From positions 14,446,001-14,510,000 of the forward strand of contig OZ024760.1 in the NCBI GenBank assembly GCA_964016885.1: a stretch of DNA of 64,000 nucleotides, read 5' to 3'. The notes under the pieces are model-generated. The model did not search any database. It was not told the DNA's origin and was given only the letters and a program-made list of their open reading frames with translations. A program made the translations under genes and the position numbers. Source of the DNA: Eledone cirrhosa. Lineage: Eukaryota. Position 1 is the first letter of the stretch; every line of letters starts with the position of its first letter. Positions 59,052-64,000 of the stretch are shown one piece after another.

Positions 59052-62000
59052 TTATATTAGTTTATTTGTGGAGGTTGTTGATAAAATATTTTTCTTCTTC
59101 TGTATCAGAATTCAACAGTACCTTCAACTACTTTGAGGAATTAATGGATAGGTTTTGGTTATCACCTAAGGGCAAACCTTACCATTGGTTCATCGAACGA
59201 CAAATAAAATATACCTGCTTAAGCTTGGTGAAGAAGTCCTACATTTGCCCACCAACACTCTGTGAATCATCAATGTTTCCTTCACCTCTAGACATCAAAA
59301 ACTGCAAAGTCACCTTGAACACATCGTTTTTTGTAAGTAGTTGCAATTGCTATGAAAATTACATGCTGAATTGCAACTGCAAATCAGGAAAATGCATAGA
59401 TGGTAACACCACAAATAACTCTCCAATTAATTATAAAACATCCTGCAACCCTCTTGATCATTCCACGTGCTCAATGGCTTCCCGAATAATATACTACAAC
59501 AAAATGAACTGTTCCAAGAGAAGAATATCATTTCCAGTGAGTAGCTACATTGTTTCGTCATTATATTTCTAAATGTTTTTTGATAAATATAAACACATTA
59601 ACCCTTTCATTACCATATTTTTAATGAAAGACATTGTTTTTTTTTTATACAATATTATGCATTATATTTGTGAGGTTCCTAGCAATAATTAATTGCATTT
59701 ATTATATGTATTTATTATGTGTTTAAGGGCGGTGGATTTGCAGAATTGGTAGAGGGTCTGACGCCATGCTTTGCAGCAAAGAGTTACGACCTTTTATGGT
59801 CTGAGTTCAAATCCCGCCGAGGTTAACTTTGTCTTTCATCCTTACGGGGTCAATAAAATAAGCACCATTAATACACTGGGATAATTGCTGGCCTTGTGCC
59901 AAATGTAGAAACAATTACATGTGTTTATATTTTCATTTTTTAAGAATTATAAACAATTTATAATGTTATTTATAAAACTGTGAATAAAAATGTTCCCTAT
60001 AATTTTCAAATTATCTTGAAAATAGAGAATTTGGAGGGATTTCATAATATAACTAACTTTCTCATTATTTGGCTGTTGTTTGGAATATAACTTAACAAAA
60101 GCTTTTACATAGAATTATAATGGATGGCTTTTTAGATAAATATAAATACTTTAACCCTTTAGCATTTAAACCAGCCATATCTGACCAAAATTCTCTCACT
60201 TCTTTCTGTTCAAACCAGCTGTAACCAGCCACTCATACTGATGTTAAGGTATTGTTCTGAAAATAAATATCAAAATCTCATAGATTTGATATTATGTGAG
60301 ATAAAGCCCTTACTACAAAAATACAATAGTAAATATAGAGTAATGTAGATGCTAAAGGGTTAACCCTTTCATTACCATATTTCTAGCATCCTGTCGGGAG
60401 GGAGTCTTGCATTCTCAATCATTTCACACCACAAAAACCGAGATAATCCTCCAAGCTTGAAACAGACTTTAGCCTTTAACTTTTTAGCATTGACATTACT
60501 TTATATTTTCACAGTAAAGGCTTTACTTCACATAATTATCTCACATAATGTCGAATCTATAAGCTCTTGATATTATTTATTTTGAGAACAATACCTTAAC
60601 ATCAGTTTGAACAGAAAGAGGTGAGAGATTTCTGGCCAGTTTGAATGCTAAAGGGTTAAAATGGTCAGGTTTGTTTTATAACAGACCTGGTTTGGGGTGA
60701 ATTGATATAAAAAATGTTAAACAGGAACCCTTTAAAGCAGTTCTTTGTTTCATAAAACAGGTTTTTTGGTAAGTTGACTGACTCAACAGACAGTGCTCAT
60801 TGTTTTTATTTATTGTTTTTTGTTTGTTAATGTTCATATGCAGGTCACTAAAATTTCTATGAGAATGATAAAGGTGACAAGAAATTTCCAGAAAATGAAT
60901 ATTATGAAAGACCTAGAAGATCGTGTCGCAAAATACTTCAACCGTTCAAGTTGTTTCGTTTTGTCTGAAAACTACCTACAGTGGCGTATCAATGAGGTGA
61001 GATGAACATTTTTGATAAACCGAATGATTTCCTTTCCACTCCACACTTTAAATTCGATCATACTATCAGAAGTAGACAAGCATTTATGGGCATTTGGGCA
61101 AGCTTAGCTGGCCACTAGGCTAGATAAGAAAAAACAACAATAAAAAATATTGTTATATTTGGGGAAGGTCATATTGTTATAATATTGCCAGAAATATATA
61201 ATAAAACACACTCAATGTTTTCATGGTAAATGCTTTATCTTACACAATTATCTCACATAATATCGAATTTACGAGATTTTGATGTTATTTATTTTGAGAA
61301 CTATACTTTGGTGGAGGTATGCACAATACTTTCAATTGTACTACTGTCCATTCTAATAGCTGGTAACTCTATAGGATCTACTTGGGACATGTCCTCTCTC
61401 TCTCTCTCTCTCCCAAGTATTCAACCCCTTCAAGAATGTATTCAATTTCAATTTGGTTGTCCTCAAGAATGTCCAACAGAATTCACACACTTCCCCCAGT
61501 CCACTATGTCTATCATGTGTCCTCAACTCTTGTGTGTTGGATGCTCAAGTTTCACTCAGTAGAGTGTCAATGTCGGAGACACTCCTCCTACGATGATGTT
61601 CTCTTCTTTCTGTTGGCTTCCACAGCAAGAATATGGTATAAAGTCTGCCCACCTGTGGGGTGTACACCCCACTTTGGCAATCACTAACCTGCCATGAAAA
61701 TACAATAGTAAATATAGAGTAATGTAAATGCTAAAGGGTTAAATATTCAAATCCCCCCCTCCCCCCTGTAGGGTGTGCACCCCACGTTGGGAGTCACTGG
61801 CCTATGTGGTCACACATTTTGCCCATATATAAATCTGGAAATGTTTATTTTTACTGGTTTTTTTATTGACATTTAGTTATATTTTGGGGATTTTTTCCAG
61901 ATTTTGGAATGGGAAATCAAAAAGAACTTGTGTCTGGCATTTGTATCAGTATTTGTGATTACTACAATAGTGATAATGAATTGCATGACATCACTTATGG

Positions 62001-62976
62001 TGGTCCTCAGCGTGATCTTCACTTTGGTAAGTAGCAGATGATTTTATTGATATTTAACTCTTTCATTACCGTATTTATAATGAAATACATTGTATTTGAA
62101 TAAATCAAAAAAAAAAGGAAAAAAAAACCAGTCACATATCACATGTTAATGTGCAGTCTGAAACTGGCGGAGTTTAGAGTCACAAGAGATATATAAATTT
62201 CTGTGATTCTGTCACAACACATAAAGGGAGAGTAGTTTGACTACCTCATACTCTCCCTCTCTCTTTAGGTCTGTGCGTATGTATGTGTGTGTACAAGTAA
62301 AGAGAGAGGAGTAGTTTGACTACCTTATACTACTCCTCTCTCTTTACGTCTGCTGCCTGCGTGAATGTATGTGTGTGTAAAAGGAAGGAAGGAGGTGGTG
62401 AAAAAATTAGCAAAATAGCAGCTGGCATTCCATTTGTTATGCTATGTATGTGTGTGTTTGTGGGAATGTATGTGTGAATGTATGTGTGAATGTATGGCAT
62501 TTTTAATCTTGTACGCATTGTAGGGTTTTCAAATATTTAAAATTATTTAACCCTCTAGCATTTAAACCGGTCATATCCGGCCTGATTTCCCTCACATCTT
62601 TGTGTTCAAACTGGCCATAACTGGCCACTCATACTGATGTTAAGGTATTGTTCTGAAAATAAATAACATCAAAATCTCATAGATTCGATAGTATGAGATA
62701 ATGAGGTAAGATAAAGCCTTTACCACAAAAATACAATAGTATATATAGATTAATGTAAATGTTAAAGGGTTAAATTTATATTTCAATAATATGTTGTTTT
62801 TTTTGTTTTTTTTTCCCCTTTGAAAATTCAGGTGGATGTAGGTGGCTTTATATATATATGGGGTCTATACATTGATACAACATCCTGTGTGATATTGACC
62901 ATTGCAGTTGGCCTCGTAGTAGACTACTCTGTCCACATTGGCTTCACGTTCATGACATTGAAGGGCAAAAGTAATG
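33317..62976 (+). CDS. Patched domain-containing protein (PTCHD3/Patched-related/NPC1-like, sterol-sensing-domain RND family), 3'-partial, 16 exons, ~936 aa seen
   Basis: join(33317-33657, 37554-37821, 40231-40301, 41251-41367, 43491-43593, 45115-45197, 48067-48187, 49275-49398, 50475-50647, 51915-52163, 53046-53220, 54538-54669, 59109-59536, 60844-60996, 61901-62026, 62832-62976). GT-AG introns, consistent phases. SSD motifs [46 protein letters not shown]; TM10 motif [14 protein letters not shown]. The last TM helices lie beyond the window. Confidence 0.88.
33720..34410. repeat. minisatellite, 48-bp unit, ~14 copies, inside a family-B SINE
   Basis: CACCCAGCACACACTGTAAAGTGGTCGTATAGGAGACATGACAAAAAA repeated, then the SINE tail to ~34570. 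Confidence 0.92.
36782..36852 (+). ncRNA. type I hammerhead ribozyme motif
   Basis: CTGATGA 36790; long stem II AAACGCAGATATCATC/GATGATATTTGTTTT; GAAA-TGCGCA-TA (palindromic stem III); stem I TATTATAT/ATGAAATA with one mismatch. Confidence 0.62.
37554..37821 (+). CDS. Patched-like exon 2 (TM1)
   Basis: ttttag|[43 protein letters not shown]|gtaaaa. Confidence 0.86.
38622..38703 (+). ncRNA. type I hammerhead ribozyme motif with extended stem I
   Basis: GAGCTGTA/TGCAGTTC plus GTTGGCA/TGCCAAC; CTGATGA 38647; stem II GGGT-aat-ACCC (A.A mismatch at base); GAAAC-attagt-GTC. Confidence 0.7.
39848..40177 (+). mobile_element. SINE family B with (GAT)n tail and internal 48-bp repeat (representative)
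   Basis: ..CACACTGTAAAGTGG..GTTGGTGTTAGGAAG..AACCCATG.TAGCATGGAAGA..(GAT)n; many copies on both strands; same tail follows the RTE fragment at 18750-19072. Confidence 0.8.
40231..40301 (+). CDS. Patched-like exon 3
   Basis: tttcag|[23 protein letters not shown](W)|gtaagt. Confidence 0.82.
41251..41367 (+). CDS. Patched-like exon 4
   Basis: taatag|[32 protein letters not shown]..|gtgagt. Confidence 0.82.
42642..43015. mobile_element. mariner-type MITE with nested SINE
   Basis: TA|CAGGGTGG..GTCTTGTCA ... TGACAAGAC..CCACCCTG|TA. Confidence 0.65.
43140..43432. repeat. minisatellite, 39-bp unit, ~7 copies
   Basis: GCACCAACAACCAGCTATGCACCCCAACAGCTGGCTGCT repeated. Confidence 0.88.
43491..43593 (+). 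CDS. Patched-like exon 5
   Basis: tttcag|[34 protein letters not shown]|gtgagt. Confidence 0.8.
45115..45197 (+). CDS. Patched-like exon 6
   Basis: tcccag|[27 protein letters not shown]|gtaagt; phase 0 in, phase 2 out, matching both neighbours. Confidence 0.72.
47841..48040 (-). mobile_element. Penelope-like element GIY-YIG endonuclease C-terminal remnant
   Basis: minus-strand translation gives [26 protein letters not shown] and [17 protein letters not shown], matching the PLE pattern 'H..I....PVA.HF....H / E..LIF.LGT..P.GLN'. Confidence 0.65.
48067..48187 (+). CDS. Patched-like exon 7 (TM2)
   Basis: ttgcag|[40 protein letters not shown]|gtatgc. Confidence 0.87.
48210..49195. repeat. degenerate (CCCTAA)n-like low-complexity tract
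   Basis: many CCTAAC/CCCTAA variants; similar tract at ~26330-26685. Confidence 0.7.
48469..48772. mobile_element. hAT-type MITE
   Basis: TIR CAG.CATGGGCAACCT / AGGTTGCCCATGCCTG with a perfect 8-bp TSD ATCTAAAC (48461-48468 and 48773-48780). Confidence 0.8.
49275..49398 (+). CDS. Patched-like exon 8 (TM3)
   Basis: ttccag|[41 protein letters not shown](G)|gtaagt. Confidence 0.88.
50475..50647 (+). CDS. Patched-like exon 9 (SSD TM4-5)
   Basis: ctttag|(G)[12 protein letters not shown]...[24 protein letters not shown]|gtaagt. Confidence 0.93.
51915..52163 (+). CDS. Patched-like exon 10 (TM6)
   Basis: atctag|[51 protein letters not shown]|gttagt. Confidence 0.9.
53046..53220 (+). CDS. Patched-like exon 11 (TM7)
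   Basis: tgttag|[36 protein letters not shown]|gtaagt. Confidence 0.85.
53588..53849. mobile_element. solo-LTR-like or short TIR element
   Basis: 14-bp perfect inverted ends GGAGGTGTTACATA/TATGTAACACCTCC; TG..CA termini with an adjacent purine tract on the minus strand. Confidence 0.45.
54370..54407 (-). ncRNA. minimal Penelope-type hammerhead motif
   Basis: minus strand reads CTGATGA-A-GGAC-taaa-GTCC-GAAACGTT; palindromic AACGTT stem III; weak stem I. Confidence 0.55.
54538..54669 (+). CDS. Patched-like exon 12
   Basis: ttccag|[43 protein letters not shown]|gtaagt. Confidence 0.83.
55800..56855 (+). mobile_element. second copy of the same non-autonomous Helitron with two nested SINEs
   Basis: homologous to 16278-17155; ends with CACC-cttcg-GGTG hairpin then CTAG|T. 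Confidence 0.7.
56347..56531 (+). mobile_element. tRNA-derived SINE family A (representative; more than 20 copies in window)
   Basis: A-box-like TGGCAGTATCAGT, B-box GAGTTCAAATCC, central GCCTTTCATCCTTACGGGGTCGATAAAATAAAGTACC; 15-bp TSD ATTATAACACTTATC on both sides. Confidence 0.85.
59109..59536 (+). CDS. Patched-like exon 13 (long, Cys-rich; possible alternative donor after 59332)
   Basis: tatcag|[24 protein letters not shown]...RRISFP|gtgagt; open 428 nt, phase 1 in, phase 0 out. Confidence 0.72.
60844..60996 (+). CDS. Patched-like exon 14
   Basis: atgcag|[41 protein letters not shown]|gtgaga. Confidence 0.83.
61901..62026 (+). CDS. Patched-like exon 15 (TM8-9)
   Basis: ttccag|[42 protein letters not shown]|gtaagt. 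Confidence 0.88.
62832..62976 (+). CDS. Patched-like exon 16 (TM10)
   Basis: attcag|[48 protein letters not shown]|gtcagt. Confidence 0.9.
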
Positions 62977-63529
62977 GTCAGTATTCTCTTATTCTTTTAC
63001 TGATTTCAATCATTATTCAATGTGGCCATGCTGGTGCACTGCCTTAATTTAGTCGACCATATTGACTCCAGCAGTTATCTTTCAAAATAAATTTTGTTTT
63101 TGAATTCTGGTACATATTCTGTCAATCTTTTTCTATGGAACTACTAAGTTACAGGATATAAAAACAGACAGACATGAACATAAACACACACACACACACA
63201 CAAGTAAGTCTATCTGATCGATAATTAAGTCTCTCATCGAGTTACTCCCTTTATAATGGGTTTTAAACGTATTTTAAAATATTTGGGATCGTTAAATTTG
63301 CTAAGGTAAGATTCTTTTGTTATCTTTTGTTATTTTGGCAATTTAACATTCTTCATACGCATTGTATTGGTCTTCAAAATTTAGATTTAGATTTCCTATT
63401 AAACAATGCTTCAAGCAAGCTACAAAACTCTTATATAAGATTAAAAGCCATACAATGCATTGAAAATTAAAGGTGCCAAGACAGTGATGGAATTTTACCT
63501 TAACAAATTTAATTATCCCAAATATTTTT

Positions 63530-63567
<38 letters not shown>

Positions 63568-64000
63568 TTACAACAGTGACATAAAGAGGTACTCAAGTTT
63601 CGTTGGTTTCTGGGCCCCAATTCATTCAGCCTGTCATGAGAAAAATAAAATCAAAGATGGCCACTTAGGGTTGATTGTGCTTTCCTTATGGGAATATAAC
63701 ATGAGAGTTTACACAGGAGCAGGTAATTTAGAAAAAAGTTTAGAAAAAGTTTTTTTTTAATTAAAAAAACAAACCTTTTCTTTATACTAAACTCGTCCTA
63801 TGGACTGAGAGCTCTTACTCTTGGATATTTCCACTTATATATATATATATATACTCACCTACATACTCACATACACATATACACATGGACACATGCGTAT
63901 ATATACCTATCTATATACTCTCACACATACACACCTGTATATATGAAGAGCAAATAACAGTCAGCATCTTTCATGTTTTCATATTTTTGTTTTTGTTTTT

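Overview
AT-rich, microsatellite-dense eukaryotic DNA; the repeat families and intron style point to a cephalopod, probably an octopus (inference). It holds two divergent multi-exon genes, both assembled by hand with GT-AG sites and consistent phases. ITFG2 (KICSTOR subunit) is on the minus strand, complete, with 12 coding exons and 419 aa (26093->8774). A Patched-domain/SSD (PTCHD3/NPC1-like RND) gene is on the plus strand with 16 exons seen (33317->62976) and continues past the window. Introns and intergenic DNA contain tRNA-derived SINEs, RTE and CR1/L2 LINE fragments, piggyBac/Tc1-mariner/hAT MITEs, Helitron pieces, Penelope-like remnants and minisatellites. Main observations: (1) at least six type I hammerhead-ribozyme motifs from several unrelated repeat families, some inside or beside foldback palindromes; (2) a 12-Cys insertion in the second luminal loop of the Patched-like protein, with an in-frame internal donor site; (3) a ~730 bp inverted duplication bracketing ITFG2; (4) a duplicated splice acceptor upstream of ITFG2 exon 6. 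Most ORFs in the supplied track are microsatellite artefacts.
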